From IMG/VR virus record IMGVR_UViG_3300036798_000217, positions 1 through 37,295 of that record: 37,295 nt of DNA; one strand, given 5' to 3'. This document shows, in pieces, positions 16,001-26,014 of this stretch. The notes beneath the pieces are model-generated. The model ran no database searches. It saw nothing but the letters and a program-made list of their open reading frames with translations, and had not been told where the DNA came from. Numbering within the stretch: position 1 is the stretch's first letter; every line of letters starts with the position of its first letter. Made by a program: the position numbers and the translations under genes. The DNA comes from a virus (lineage: Duplodnaviria; Caudoviricetes).

Positions 16001-17917
16001 AAATTTATCAGAATCAAGAACATAGTTTCTTACACCAACATTCGTGTTATTAACAGTTGTTTCTAGTTCGCTTAACTTTTGTTTTGTACCACTAGCTGTT
16101 GTTTCAATTTCATTTGTCTTATTTTGCAGTTTAGTTAAACCATCATTAGTTTTCGTGAGCTCTGACTTCTCTGCTTTCTGTGTAAGAGCTTCGTTTGTTT
16201 GTGTAATAGATGTATTAATGTCCTGGAATTTCTTAACGTTACCGTTCTTATCGGTCTCATAAACTTGCTTCCCTATAAATCCATCTTTAATTTCATCTTT
16301 TGTATAAACACCAGTTTGATCAGCCTTATCTTTTAATTGGTTATTAATCCACGTTTGATCTACTTTGTTTCCAACTTCTTTTGCTACATCAGCAACTTGC
16401 CCAGCTATTTCTTGCGCTTTGTTTTCCACAGTTTGTACTTTTTGATTTAACTCTGTTTTTGCGGACTCAATATCTTTATTAACCTGTTCCAATGTTTCTT
16501 TCTTTGCCTTTTCTACATCAGGAACTACCGGGTCCCATATACCATCTTTCCAAAGTTTTAAAATACCGGGCTTACCGTTAGAAATATCTAGCCACAATGT
16601 CTTTCGGTCTTTCAAATTACTTGTCGGTGGATTCTTTGCTTCAATGATTTCCACAGTGTTATTTTTTATGTTCTCTTGAACTTTTTCAGCTAGTGTCTTT
16701 GCTGCTTCTGATTCTTTCTTAGCATTACTAGCTGTTTCATTAGCTTCTTTCACCAATTTATCTAACTGATCTATCATTTCTTGTTTATTACCTAATGAGC
16801 TAAGTATTCGATTATAAATCTTTCTTAATTCCTCATTTGGATCAACAATCTCACGATAATCACCAAACACGTATTTATCTTGTGTAGGATCTTTAAAGGA
16901 TTCATCACCAGCGATTGTTCTTGCTTCTAAATACAATTTAGGCGTAAAGCCTGTATCTTTAATTTTGATTGTATCTCCTTCATTAATTAACTCGTGAGCT
17001 AGTCCAAATACACGACCAATTGATTGTGCTTGAACTTCATACGAAACGGATGTATTTACACGCTTTTTCAACTCTGTATTCATAAGAGTCATTAAACGTT
17101 TCGGATTCATATCTTGGTCTTCTGTCTCTGGACTATAGAAACCGAATTTATGCTGTCCTTTCTCATTCCATCTTTGGAAAGCATCACTGTCCACAAGATA
17201 AGGGACACCGTTATTTATTTCCGTAATAGTAACAAACTCTCCACCTTCTTTTTTCACGAAACCTAATAAGGCTGTACAAATGTTTTGAGAGTTTTCAATC
17301 CGTTTAATCCCCATCAAATCTTTACCGAGAGTTACTTCTTTCCCTGTTTCTCGACCACGCTTCTTAATCATATCAACATAACGACCAACGACTTGAGAGC
17401 CTACGACTTCAGCGCGATATTGGATTTCTAATTCAAACAATGAAGCTATCTTTTTAAGGAGAGTCAATGGATCAATGAATTCATCGATAGTCATAGAGCG
17501 GAAACTAGCATATTCTAAGTTCCCTTTCTTCCACTTCGTACCCGCAAGAGCTATATCCACCATTTCAATTACTGTCTTACCTTCTAGTTTTTGAGGAGGA
17601 ATAATTCCGGCTTTCGCAAGTTGAATCCATTCACCAGATGCATAAGCGATTACTGATCTATCATCAGAGTCTTTTTCAATTTCAGTAATTACATAAGGAA
17701 CGATACGACCATCACGCACTTCTTTTAATACTAAATTTTGCTGCATAAGTGTGGATGAATGCCTTGTATTATCAAATACTCGATACTCTAATGTATCAAT
17801 GTTATTTTTGATTTCCCAATGTCTTTTATCATCCCAATAATCTTTAGGCTGAATAGATGCTACAATTTGTTCTGTTTTAAAATCAACAACATGCAATTCA
17901 CCACTTGGCGTTCTCAT
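13058..17917 (-). CDS. Tail spike/central fibre (Tal-type N-terminus, two carbohydrate-binding-like modules, C-terminal S74-like chaperone)
   Basis: 1619 aa after Dit; VGVRNYVLDS..KIEIGNKVTDWTPAPED and VGSINLASDS..KFEEGNIRTTWQAANEE modules; SKREYKTNIRDI. Confidence 0.88.
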   Translation of the reverse strand: MRTPSGELHVVDFKTEQIVASIQPKDYWDDKRHWEIKNNIDTLEYRVFDNTRHSSTLMQQNLVLKEVRDGRIVPYVITEIEKDSDDRSVIAYASGEWIQLAKAGIIPPQKLEGKTVIEMVDIALAGTKWKKGNLEYASFRSMTIDEFIDPLTLLKKIASLFELEIQYRAEVVGSQVVGRYVDMIKKRGRETGKEVTLGKDLMGIKRIENSQNICTALLGFVKKEGGEFVTITEINNGVPYLVDSDAFQRWNEKGQHKFGFYSPETEDQDMNPKRLMTLMNTELKKRVNTSVSYEVQAQSIGRVFGLAHELINEGDTIKIKDTGFTPKLYLEARTIAGDESFKDPTQDKYVFGDYREIVDPNEELRKIYNRILSSLGNKQEMIDQLDKLVKEANETASNAKKESEAAKTLAEKVQENIKNNTVEIIEAKNPPTSNLKDRKTLWLDISNGKPGILKLWKDGIWDPVVPDVEKAKKETLEQVNKDIESAKTELNQKVQTVENKAQEIAGQVADVAKEVGNKVDQTWINNQLKDKADQTGVYTKDEIKDGFIGKQVYETDKNGNVKKFQDINTSITQTNEALTQKAEKSELTKTNDGLTKLQNKTNEIETTASGTKQKLSELETTVNNTNVGVRNYVLDSDKFILPPNTVQGFSFVNDLKDLQGKQVTVSVYVEIKNAKTGVNPSNRIGFEPSIRYSDNSIQHLGVWLRITDGMNFKGVISATVWIKDIGILKTEQNAVYIQCGGDYVKVGRPKIEIGNKVTDWTPAPEDQVSTTDFTKKTVEIETTIKGINTSVSNVQNEQGKLTDRVTKSEQTADGFKTSIESLTKKDTEISNKLNAVESTVEGTKQIISDVQQTTNNLTKTTNEIQNTATSNKQTIEQLQTNMSNISVGSINLASDSETGLNKQNIAGTWSDSKQMTLSNKINYRNKTFTISFLFTGKMTKLNTNLWFGVETAITYADGEQEWKSIRADGKLSLNVEYKDEPLYVTFKTKDKDVTKITFYYSGRNIDGNLNSHHAKFEEGNIRTTWQAANEEITSKSDFTKKTTEIEQSVDGVKTNVTNVQNSQAGFEKRMTTVEQTATGLSSTVSNLNNVVDSQGKKLTDANTKLEQQATAIGAKVEIKQVEDYVAGFKIPELKQTVDKNKEDLLGELANKLATEQYNQKMTQIDNRFTINEKGLDFKASKTEVYTQTQTDGKFATNTYVRDMEGRIQVTEKNILSTVKQGEIISSINQTAETVKIKAGKIELDGTTIAKYLEAQELKGTTIRTDNSVNYVHIQKQFIRLMESNLSRVYLGYYTNSANQLQPTIVLGGDSSFQDGSVVLSQQPTQGFLGIINGKDFNGDPYFVSSLSFKRSGDLNLNAGMNGNVTINSGKGIGHYAKGGSFWAEATDGVTLKGGAKSVWMDCQSSIVFNLKGKNMLDIVATPNSETDLRFQTVTLRNGNIDGYKTLQVKDGTGNAFNAVTASSFQTASKREYKTNIRDIQFNAIEKIMALPIQQYNLKTDIEDLYEKRMNRAEGDPILTTNDIETHYGWIADDENTPGCFVTKEKNAAEIYSSIAIQIKAFQEEKRTKDAEIQELNEKNKQTECRIEALEEENKQMNRRIEVLEQLLVQKLISEKPEQP

Positions 17918-19401
17918 CTGTATCTCTCCCTGTAACTGATTGTCGCTGTAACATCTGGTGGCATAATATCAATGCGATTATCTCCACGTATGATTTTAGG
18001 GAATTCACTAAATATATCTTTAATGTTAATAGCATCTTTACCATTGATCGTAACAAGGCTTCTTTCTGTATCGATAATCACTTTGTCTCCTGTATCGAAA
18101 ATATAAGGCTTTGTATTAGAAGGGACTTTATTTATCTTCCAAATCTTTAAATCATCAATTTGCATGGTATAAACAGGTGTATTTCTATCCCATCTACAAA
18201 TAGCAATCATGACTTGTGCAATTTTTCGTTCTGACATCGGATTACCTGTTTCATCAATCCAACGTTCAACAAGTGAAGCATCATCTATTTCTGTCCCATC
18301 TCTAAAACGTGCTACATAAACAGACCATTCTTTTCCTCTTCTAGCGATTCTAAGACGACCATAAAAATTGTTGAATGTATTAGGATGTGCCCCACTTGTA
18401 TCAACTAATTTCCGAATACTGTTTGGGGTTCCGCTATTGCCAACTTTCATATGAGCCTTTGTAATTTCAGCATCCCAATATAAATCATTGATGTTTATTC
18501 GAGATACAATATTACTCGCTTCATCCAAAAGTAAAACTTCCACCCGTCCCATTTGATCTATATTTTTAGACTGCAAATGTACTCGGGCTTCCATTTCAAA
18601 ATCTTGCATCGGTCCACCAGGTATACTTTTCTTTGCAATACCACCATGAAATTCTTTCGTACCCTCTTCACCGTAATACGGACAATAAATAGCTGTCCCA
18701 TCTTTTACTTTAAGTTCCCCTGTACCTTTCATGTCATCAAAAACTCCAGTAACAGGAGTCCAACCTACAACGGATGACATTTCATCCCACAAGACTCGTT
18801 CTCGCTCTTGTACAGTTGATTCTTCCACAGTTAATGGATAACCAATACGGAAATAGTTTCGCTCTAAAGGATATGCACCAAACCATACATCTAAGAAGGT
18901 ACTTGGTTTTTTCACAATCATTTCAATTGTTGCCGGAGCTTCTACGCTACCTTCATTAGTAAAATTAGAAGTTATTTCTGTAGACCAATTTTGAGTAAAG
19001 GTATGTGTATTTGTTTTCCCTAACTTATAAGGCATTGGACAAATAAATTTAATAACTCCTTGTCCAAGTGTTACAAATTCATCTGGATCAAAGCTATCAT
19101 CCACAACAGCTAAATACGTTCTATCCGGCTCTACATCGAAAATAAGCTCCGCTGGTTGCTCTGTAATTAACCAATTTGCGATTTCTTCTTTTAATAGTTC
19201 TAAGTCTCCACCATCAGGAACAATAATTCCGAAAGGAATAGAAAGAACACGAATTTCAGTTTGCGTATTTAATAACCTTGCTCCGGGATAACCTGGAACA
19301 CTTAATAAATTCCTCTTCAATGGCGCCCAAGTCGGTCTTTTCCATCCTTTTTCTATTTGAACAAACTCTTTACGTTCCTTGTTAAATGTAAAAGAAGTCA
19401 T
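17914..19401 (-). CDS. Distal tail protein (Dit)
   Basis: Between TMP and tail spike; LIFDVEPDRTY, FICPMPY. Confidence 0.88.
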   Translation of the reverse strand: MTSFTFNKERKEFVQIEKGWKRPTWAPLKRNLLSVPGYPGARLLNTQTEIRVLSIPFGIIVPDGGDLELLKEEIANWLITEQPAELIFDVEPDRTYLAVVDDSFDPDEFVTLGQGVIKFICPMPYKLGKTNTHTFTQNWSTEITSNFTNEGSVEAPATIEMIVKKPSTFLDVWFGAYPLERNYFRIGYPLTVEESTVQERERVLWDEMSSVVGWTPVTGVFDDMKGTGELKVKDGTAIYCPYYGEEGTKEFHGGIAKKSIPGGPMQDFEMEARVHLQSKNIDQMGRVEVLLLDEASNIVSRININDLYWDAEITKAHMKVGNSGTPNSIRKLVDTSGAHPNTFNNFYGRLRIARRGKEWSVYVARFRDGTEIDDASLVERWIDETGNPMSERKIAQVMIAICRWDRNTPVYTMQIDDLKIWKINKVPSNTKPYIFDTGDKVIIDTERSLVTINGKDAINIKDIFSEFPKIIRGDNRIDIMPPDVTATISYRERYR

Positions 19402-19442
19402 TTTGACACCTCATTTCTCTATAAAGTAAAAGAAACCCAAAC

Positions 19443-21812
19443 CTAAAAGGCTGAGTTTCTTTGTTCTTCTCGTTCTTGATACTCTTTTGTATATCGATAA
19501 GTGCCGCGTGCCACATCTCGCCCCTCTAAAACAACAGGAACCTCAACTACCAAGTCACCACCAAGCATTGGAATTGCTCCGCCACCAGATGATCCAGACG
19601 AGTAATTAGATACTTGATTTGATACACTGCTTGTCATGGCTTGTCTGCTATTTGACATACTGCCATACACACCACTCATTACACCTTTTAAACCTGATAA
19701 CTGGCTCATAGAACTATCCATCATACGACTCATATCACCCATTAATTGACTCATAGATCCAGTAGTCCCAATCATGGTTTTAGCAATACCTTCACCAATA
19801 GATCCAAGTGTTTTTTTATTTAATGGTAAAACCGCTTCTGGTCCAGCTTCGCCAGCACCTTGCAAGTTTCCACCATTCATTCCAAAGATAGTTGGTTTAG
19901 TGAAGATACCACCTTTTGCATACCAGTCCACATTAAGCCCAGATGGAATAGTAATATTTTTCCCCATAAACGTCATTGTGCTAGTTTGCAGACTAAAGTG
20001 TGGAAGCTTCGGCATTGTTGGGCTCGGAATTGTCAATTTTAAATTACTAAAGAATCCTTTGATTTCATCAATAAACCCCTTTACCTTACCAACCGCATCT
20101 TTTATCGGATCGATAATAAAACGTTTAGCTGCTTCGAATTTTTCTTGTGCTGCACTTTTCACAGCATCAAATTTTTCTTTCGCTGAATTATATAAATCAG
20201 TAAATTTTTGTTTAGCTTGATTATACGTTTCAGTGACTGGATCAATTACATATTTTTTCACCAAATTCCAAGCTGTAAGTGTATAGGATTTTATAGTTTC
20301 CCAATTTCCTAATATCCAGTTGGCTAAGTCTGTAAGTTTTTGCTTCGTTGTAGTCCACAATTCTTGTACAGGCTGAATAACATACTGTTTTATCAAATTC
20401 CAAGCCATAAGGGTGTAAGATTTCGCTGTTTCCCACTGTGAACCAAGCCAAGAAACTAAATCACTAAATTTTTCTTTCACTAAGCTCCAAGTTTCCTGTA
20501 CTGGTTGAATGATATATTGCTTAAATAAACCCCATCCAATTTGTGCTGCGGCCTTTGCTATTTCCCATTGTGTACTTAGCCAGTTAATTAATTCGCCAAT
20601 TTTTGCACTTACCCAATCGTAAGCTTCTTGTATTGGTTGAATGATAAATTGACTTATTGCTGCCCAAGCAATTTGTACTCCGGCTTGAATGAGTAACCAA
20701 CCTGCTTCTAAAACTGTGGAAATCAATGAAATAATAGGGGCTAAGATTGTTAGAATTGTATTCCAGGTTTCTTGCCATGCTTGTGTTAGCGTTCCCCATA
20801 ATTCAGATGCGGTTTCAACTAAAGAAGACCACCAGGAGGAAGCTGTTTCAACGATTCCAGACCATAAGTCGCTAAAGAATTGACCTATTGGGTCAAAGAA
20901 ACTGTGCATCATTTCTGTAAATGAAGACCACGCCCCAGAAAAGAATTCAACAGTAGAATTCCATGCATCGCTACATGCCTGCTTTACACCCTCCCATAAA
21001 TCACTAAAAAATTGACCTATCGGATCAAAAAATTCATGCATCGTTTCTAAAAATGAAGACCAGGATTCGCTACAGGATTGGACTATACCGTCCCAAAGAC
21101 CTATTAAATATTCTTTAATAGAATCCCATGTTTCTATTGTCCAATTTTTGATATCCTCCCAGTTTTTGTAAATAGAAATTCCTAGAGCCACTACGGCTGC
21201 TATAATTGCGGCAATTCCTGCTATCCATCCCATCATGGCCAACCCTATACTGGATATGACAACAACAATCGGTGCCAAAGCCATAAACGCCCCTGCAATT
21301 ACTCCAATAGCTACTGCAACGGCTGCTAGTGTAGCTGCTAGTTTTGGATTATTTGAAATCCAATCAGCAATTTTAGCAATAACATCAGCTATAACACTAA
21401 GAACTGGCTGGAGAGCAACTTGTAAATCTTGCATAGCTTTTTGGAACTTTATAGCTGGATTTGCATCCATTTTCTTAATTGAGTCATTCAATTGATCTTG
21501 GTTATTCTTAAAATCAACTGTTTTTTCTTTTGCATCTAGTAAAGTGTTAATGATATTTTGCCCTTGATCTTCGTACATCGTACCAAAAAGCTTTACCCCT
21601 AATTCGTTCTTCTTCGTTTCATCTTCTACTTGTGATAACGCTAGAGCAATATCAGTCATAGCAGCTGAACCTTCTCGACCACCATTAGCTACAGCTTGTC
21701 CCCATTTTTGCAATTGTTCAGCTGAAATGTTTGTTCCCTCAAGCGTTTCCTTCATAGCTTTATCGACACCTTGAGCGAATTCAGCCGCTTTGATACGACC
21801 TTCTTTCAGACC
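19443..21812 (-). CDS. Tape measure protein, exon 2 (GLKEGRIK...)
   Basis: Trp/Phe 11-residue repeats; joins exon 1 in frame to give 1198 aa. Confidence 0.92.
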   Translation of the reverse strand, partial: GLKEGRIKAAEFAQGVDKAMKETLEGTNISAEQLQKWGQAVANGGREGSAAMTDIALALSQVEDETKKNELGVKLFGTMYEDQGQNIINTLLDAKEKTVDFKNNQDQLNDSIKKMDANPAIKFQKAMQDLQVALQPVLSVIADVIAKIADWISNNPKLAATLAAVAVAIGVIAGAFMALAPIVVVISSIGLAMMGWIAGIAAIIAAVVALGISIYKNWEDIKNWTIETWDSIKEYLIGLWDGIVQSCSESWSSFLETMHEFFDPIGQFFSDLWEGVKQACSDAWNSTVEFFSGAWSSFTEMMHSFFDPIGQFFSDLWSGIVETASSWWSSLVETASELWGTLTQAWQETWNTILTILAPIISLISTVLEAGWLLIQAGVQIAWAAISQFIIQPIQEAYDWVSAKIGELINWLSTQWEIAKAAAQIGWGLFKQYIIQPVQETWSLVKEKFSDLVSWLGSQWETAKSYTLMAWNLIKQYVIQPVQELWTTTKQKLTDLANWILGNWETIKSYTLTAWNLVKKYVIDPVTETYNQAKQKFTDLYNSAKEKFDAVKSAAQEKFEAAKRFIIDPIKDAVGKVKGFIDEIKGFFSNLKLTIPSPTMPKLPHFSLQTSTMTFMGKNITIPSGLNVDWYAKGGIFTKPTIFGMNGGNLQGAGEAGPEAVLPLNKKTLGSIGEGIAKTMIGTTGSMSQLMGDMSRMMDSSMSQLSGLKGVMSGVYGSMSNSRQAMTSSVSNQVSNYSSGSSGGGAIPMLGGDLVVEVPVVLEGRDVARGTYRYTKEYQEREEQRNSAF

Positions 21813-22920
21813 CGTAATGTTCAGCAGGATTCGCAACGCCCTGCCAGTTCTCTTATGAACTTCTGTATATCACTATACAGACCAGACTATATCATCATCT
21901 AGGCAATAAAAAAGAGAGCCTAGATGCTCCCTATTTCCACTATCATTAACTTATAGTGTACGTCTCTCGACTAGTCGTTACACCTTCATTTAACAAATCG
22001 AATTTATACCCTTCTAAATGACGATATTTATTTTTTTCTCTGTTAAAATCTTTTTCAACGGATATTTTTTTTCCCATTAATTTATTCAATAAATAATAAC
22101 TCATCCTAAAATGTTCAGTAACCTCTTCTTTAGAAGCAAATATAGTGACACTCCCACTACTATCAGTAGCTCTTATTTTTATAGAACTAGGATTATTTTC
22201 TCCGGATATAGCTGCTCCATTACCGAAATTAGGATTATTTTCTCCTGCATAATCTCTATTCAAGCAATGAATTTTAAGTTTCAACTTATGCTCTTCTGAC
22301 TTTTTCTTACCTTCAAGTGCTTTACTGATTTTTTGCTTCCTCACTTCTGTGGCTTTTCTTCCATATAACGGACTTAAATTACCCTTTCTTCCGTACATTG
22401 GATTAGAATCACCAGAGGCTGCACCATATCCACCGTCATCTAAATTCACAAGTTTGTAATTAAATAAGTGCTTATATTCGTAGATATACCACACTTCAGC
22501 CTCGTACGCTTCTTTCTCAGTAAGATTATCAGCTATAACCCTAGAAATAGCACCATGTACCTTGATTGTATTTTTAAACCATTCACTTCTCCCTCTGTGT
22601 ATATCGTTCACTCGATTTCCACAGCCTTTTCCTACGTAAAATGGCTCTCCTGTATCTAGTCTTATAAATTCGTAAACGTAGAACCGTTTGTCCACCTACT
22701 CACCCCATATTTACAATCCTTAATGATACCTATATTGTATCATTTACTTTAGAGGAAGAAATGTTTGAACAATTAGGAATGGTATTTTTAATAAAAAAAT
22801 AAATTCGTCGTCGATTTGTTAAAAGCTTGGCTCGGTATTGTCTCAATGAAAAGTCACTGAGAGTTTCACCGAATTAAAGGAGTTTGCTATGAATGTCACC
22901 ATTCATAGGGACAATTTTTT
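21813..22920 (-). mobile_element. Group I self-splicing intron (IA-like), 1108 nt, in the tape measure gene
   Basis: Exon ends in U with P1 GGAUAA/UUGUCC; P2 with GUGA loop; P AAUUCGGUGAAA; Q AAUACCGAGC; R GUAACGACUA; S AUGAUAUAGUC; P9 GUGA loop; terminal G. Confidence 0.93.
21946..22695 (-). CDS. Intron-encoded GIY-YIG homing endonuclease with NUMOD3-like repeats
   Basis: FYVY...FYVGKG..R...E...N nuclease motif; NPMYGRK, SPLYGRK, KKSEEHK repeats. Confidence 0.88.
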   Translation of the reverse strand: MDKRFYVYEFIRLDTGEPFYVGKGCGNRVNDIHRGRSEWFKNTIKVHGAISRVIADNLTEKEAYEAEVWYIYEYKHLFNYKLVNLDDGGYGAASGDSNPMYGRKGNLSPLYGRKATEVRKQKISKALEGKKKSEEHKLKLKIHCLNRDYAGENNPNFGNGAAISGENNPSSIKIRATDSSGSVTIFASKEEVTEHFRMSYYLLNKLMGKKISVEKDFNREKNKYRHLEGYKFDLLNEGVTTSRETYTIS

Positions 22921-24147
22921 ATCCAATAAGTTATCAATATTCCAAGTACCTGTTTCAACCCCGGCTTCCATTATTGCTTGGACTTCTTCAGCGTTGTATC
23001 CTGCTCGCGTTAGCTGTCCACCATATTCGGCGATAATATCTAATTGCTCTGGTGGAAAGCCTATTTTAAGCAAAGCGTTCGTCATACTAAGAGCGCCTTC
23101 TTGTGATATACCTAATTCATTACCTATTTCATTCACTTCTTGAATTAATTCGGTAAAATCTATACCTTCATAAGATTGAGCGATTGCCGCTGCACCTTTA
23201 ACAACTGCTGCATTTGCTTCATCACTAACACCTTTATTCAAAGCCCATTGCCTACGCACACCTTCCAAAGATGCTTCAGCATCAACACCATAAGCGGTTA
23301 TACCGCGCACAGCTTCTTCTACTGATTTTTTTGAAGAATCCGGAACATCGAAAGTTATATCAATCTTTGTTTTTAACTTAGACATATCCATTGCTTTTTC
23401 AATTGCACCAGCTATACCGCCACCAGCAGCCATACCACCTATGACGTTTTCTAATCCTATCTTTAAGCCTTCGAACTTTTTCTCTGTCCTGCCAGCTTCT
23501 TGCTGTAAATCTCTTAACTCATTTCGTACTTGTTGTATTGAGTTTCCAGCATCCACAGAGCGAAGCGCACGTTGTAACTTTTCAATATCCGCTTCAGTTC
23601 CTAATGCTTCTCGGCCGATAATTCCAATCGCTTGTTCTAACTGCCGGCTTGTAGCTGTTCCACTTTTAATTGCATTCACAAGACGATTTCCTAACGCTCC
23701 TGCAAAATCATCAACACTTTTTCCTGTAGCCCTAAATAATGTTTCTAATTGTCTAGTTGAACTTGCTACATTTTCTTGCTCGGCTTTCATGCTTCCTAAT
23801 TTATTTTTAAGACCATTAAGCGACCCTTCTGTAAATTCAATTTCACGCCTAAATGCACGATATTGTTCTTCAGAAATTTTACCGTTTTGAAATTGCGCTT
23901 GTACTTGTTGTTCAGCAGCCTTTAACTTATCTAGTTTTTCAGTTGTATTTTCAATTTGTTGTGTTAATAATTTTTGTTTTTGCGCTAATGCTTCCACATT
24001 GCCTGGATCGAATTTCAAAAGACGTTCTACATCTTTTAATTCTTTTGTTAGATCATTGCTGCGTTTATTAACATCTTTTAAGGCGTTTTGTAAACCGACG
24101 GTATTACCGCCAATTTCAACCGTGATTCCTTTAATTCTTCCTGCCAT
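22921..24147 (-). CDS. Tape measure protein, exon 1 (...WNIDNLLD)
   Basis: MAGRIKGITVEIGG TMP N-terminus; 409 codons. Confidence 0.92.
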
Positions 24148-24164
24148 ATTTTCACCTCATTTCC

Positions 24165-24383
24165 TTAGAAAGAATCGTAATCTTTTTGATTCGCTTTTCT
24201 TACTTTTTCTTTATCTGGATTTTCCATTTCAGCAAATTCAGCAATATAATCAAAGCAATCACCAATAGTCATTTCTTCTAAATCACCATGTGACAATTTC
24301 GCTTTATAACAAAGAGCAAGGAACGTATCAGTGGTTAATTCTTCATCACCGAAAGTCCCTTGCTCTCCATTATTTTTCTTTAT
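24165..24383 (-). CDS. Tail assembly chaperone -1 frameshift extension (gpGT-like)
   Basis: A10 slippery run at 24383-24392; -1 frame stays open for 72 codons (IKKNNGEQ...MTIGDCFDYI...DYDSF). Confidence 0.8.
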   Translation of the reverse strand: MKKNNGEQGTFGDEELTTDTFLALCYKAKLSHGDLEEMTIGDCFDYIAEFAEMENPDKEKVRKANQKDYDSF

Positions 24384-24742
24384 TTTTTTTTTGCTCCCAT
24401 AGTAACTTGAACTAATTCCATGACTTCTGGCATAATTTCTTCAATCGGGAATTCTTCAAAACCATCTAGCCACGTCATAGGATCAGGAATACTTGCATCA
24501 GCTGTTTTAGCGTATAACCAAGTCAAATCATAAATAAGTTCAAAATCCACTTTACTTATATCAACATTTGACATATCAATAGGTTGTTCTGATCCATCTG
24601 ATGAAGTTAAAGCATTAATCGCCCCTAACCCCATCAAATCTGCAAATAAATTGCGTCTAAATTGCGCTTTATAACGTTTAACCGTTGCTGCAGTAACTTT
24701 TAATCTGACTTGTTTTCCGTCAATTGTAATTGTCTTTTCCAT
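24380..24742 (-). CDS. Tail assembly chaperone (gpG-like)
   Basis: Between major tail and TMP; ends GAKKK. Confidence 0.85.
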   Translation of the reverse strand: MEKTITIDGKQVRLKVTAATVKRYKAQFRRNLFADLMGLGAINALTSSDGSEQPIDMSNVDISKVDFELIYDLTWLYAKTADASIPDPMTWLDGFEEFPIEEIMPEVMELVQVTMGAKKK

Positions 24743-24746
24743 TTAC

Positions 24747-25331
24747 TTATGCTCCTTTTGGTGCTTCTGTTTTTTTAACGTACACTTCGTTGTTCCAACC
24801 ATCATAAATAGCTTGAGTGGTATTAGAAGTTGTTTTTGTTTTAACTACACGTTTCCCGTTAAGATTGATAGGACTAGCAACGAATTTTAACTCATTTGTA
24901 TTAGGTTCAGCAGAGTTTGTTTTAGTTTTAGACGCAAGTGTTGGACGACTCGCTGAACAGTTATACATAACATGGCGAGTTGCTTTTTTATCGCCATCAA
25001 ATTCAAATAGCAATGCGAATGATTTCCCTTTTGCATCCGCTAACTCATTTAATACGCCATCAACTTCATCTAGCTGTTCGCCTAATGCATCAATAGCGAA
25101 TTTCTCTGGAATACTAGCAATACTTAACGTTCCATCATAACCTTGGTTATTACTTGCAGCGTAATAAAGCATGTCATCCGCATAGAATTCAATTAAATCT
25201 CCACGTGGTTCGAATGTCAGTTCAACCCCACCTGGTAGAGGAGTTGGTGTTTCAAATGTAACCACACCGTTTTTCTCTTCAAATGTTGCATAATGAACAT
25301 TTTTTAAACCAAATTGCACTTTGTTCTCCAT
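24747..25331 (-). CDS. Major tail protein (phi13 family)
   Basis: NKVQFGLKNVHYA...FYADD...FALLFEFDGD. Confidence 0.9.
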   Translation of the reverse strand: MENKVQFGLKNVHYATFEEKNGVVTFETPTPLPGGVELTFEPRGDLIEFYADDMLYYAASNNQGYDGTLSIASIPEKFAIDALGEQLDEVDGVLNELADAKGKSFALLFEFDGDKKATRHVMYNCSASRPTLASKTKTNSAEPNTNELKFVASPINLNGKRVVKTKTTSNTTQAIYDGWNNEVYVKKTEAPKGA

Positions 25332-25661
25332 CTATAACAACCTCACTTCATATGTTTTTTGATACATTTTTTCAGATTCAATAAAAGCCTCAAATGATTC
25401 ATAAGGTATCTCATGATCGTCTAAGGCTTTTTCTAATTTGGATTCAACGACTAAATCCTTTTTAATTGTGTAAAGTTCAATGGTTACATCATTTATTTTG
25501 TGATGGACCTTGTTATCAGCGATCATGTTTGGCGAGCCGTCCACAAGATAACAAATATATGGTGGCTTTGGTATCGGATTACCTGGTAATGCTGTGAAAT
25601 GCGAATAAGCCACAGGATAACCTGTAGCATCAAGAATCTTCTTTAATTCAATTAAATTCAT
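25332..25661 (-). CDS. Tail terminator/completion protein
   Basis: Synteny and PPYICY motif. Confidence 0.7.
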   Translation of the reverse strand: MNLIELKKILDATGYPVAYSHFTALPGNPIPKPPYICYLVDGSPNMIADNKVHHKINDVTIELYTIKKDLVVESKLEKALDDHEIPYESFEAFIESEKMYQKTYEVRLL

Positions 25662-26014
25662 TGTTGAATCGCCCTTTCAACTCGCTCTACAAATTCATTT
25701 ATTGCTTTTTCTTCAGCTGGAGCTATATGAACTTGAGCTGGTACGCGTCCACCGTTGGCTTTTGCATGTCCCTTTTCTAACAAGTGTGTAAGTTGTGGTT
25801 TCAATGCATTATGGACAATGATTGCATCGCCATCTTTCTTCTTACGCCATCCTTTACGATACTTACCTGTATTCTTTGGACTTTTTTGTTGTAATTCGTC
25901 CACAAGATTCTTTGAAACTTCTTCTTTAGCAACTTCCAAGTCTTCTTCTACTAGATGAGTGTACCTTTGTAATTCCCTAGTAATTTCACTAGCTAAATCA
26001 TTAATACTAGCCAC
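25658..26014 (-). CDS. HK97 gp10-like neck protein
   Basis: SPKNTGKY...THLLEKGH...HIAPA. Confidence 0.85.
   Translation of the reverse strand: MASINDLASEITRELQRYTHLVEEDLEVAKEEVSKNLVDELQQKSPKNTGKYRKGWRKKKDGDAIIVHNALKPQLTHLLEKGHAKANGGRVPAQVHIAPAEEKAINEFVERVERAIQQ

Noticed and set aside
13058-17917. Diversity-generating retroelement or shufflon acting on the tail spike
   Set aside because: No reverse transcriptase, template/variable repeat pair or inverted alternative C-termini were seen
19443-24147. Tape measure gene as a pseudogene or two separate genes
   Set aside because: Intron removal restores one continuous frame with canonical splice-site nucleotides
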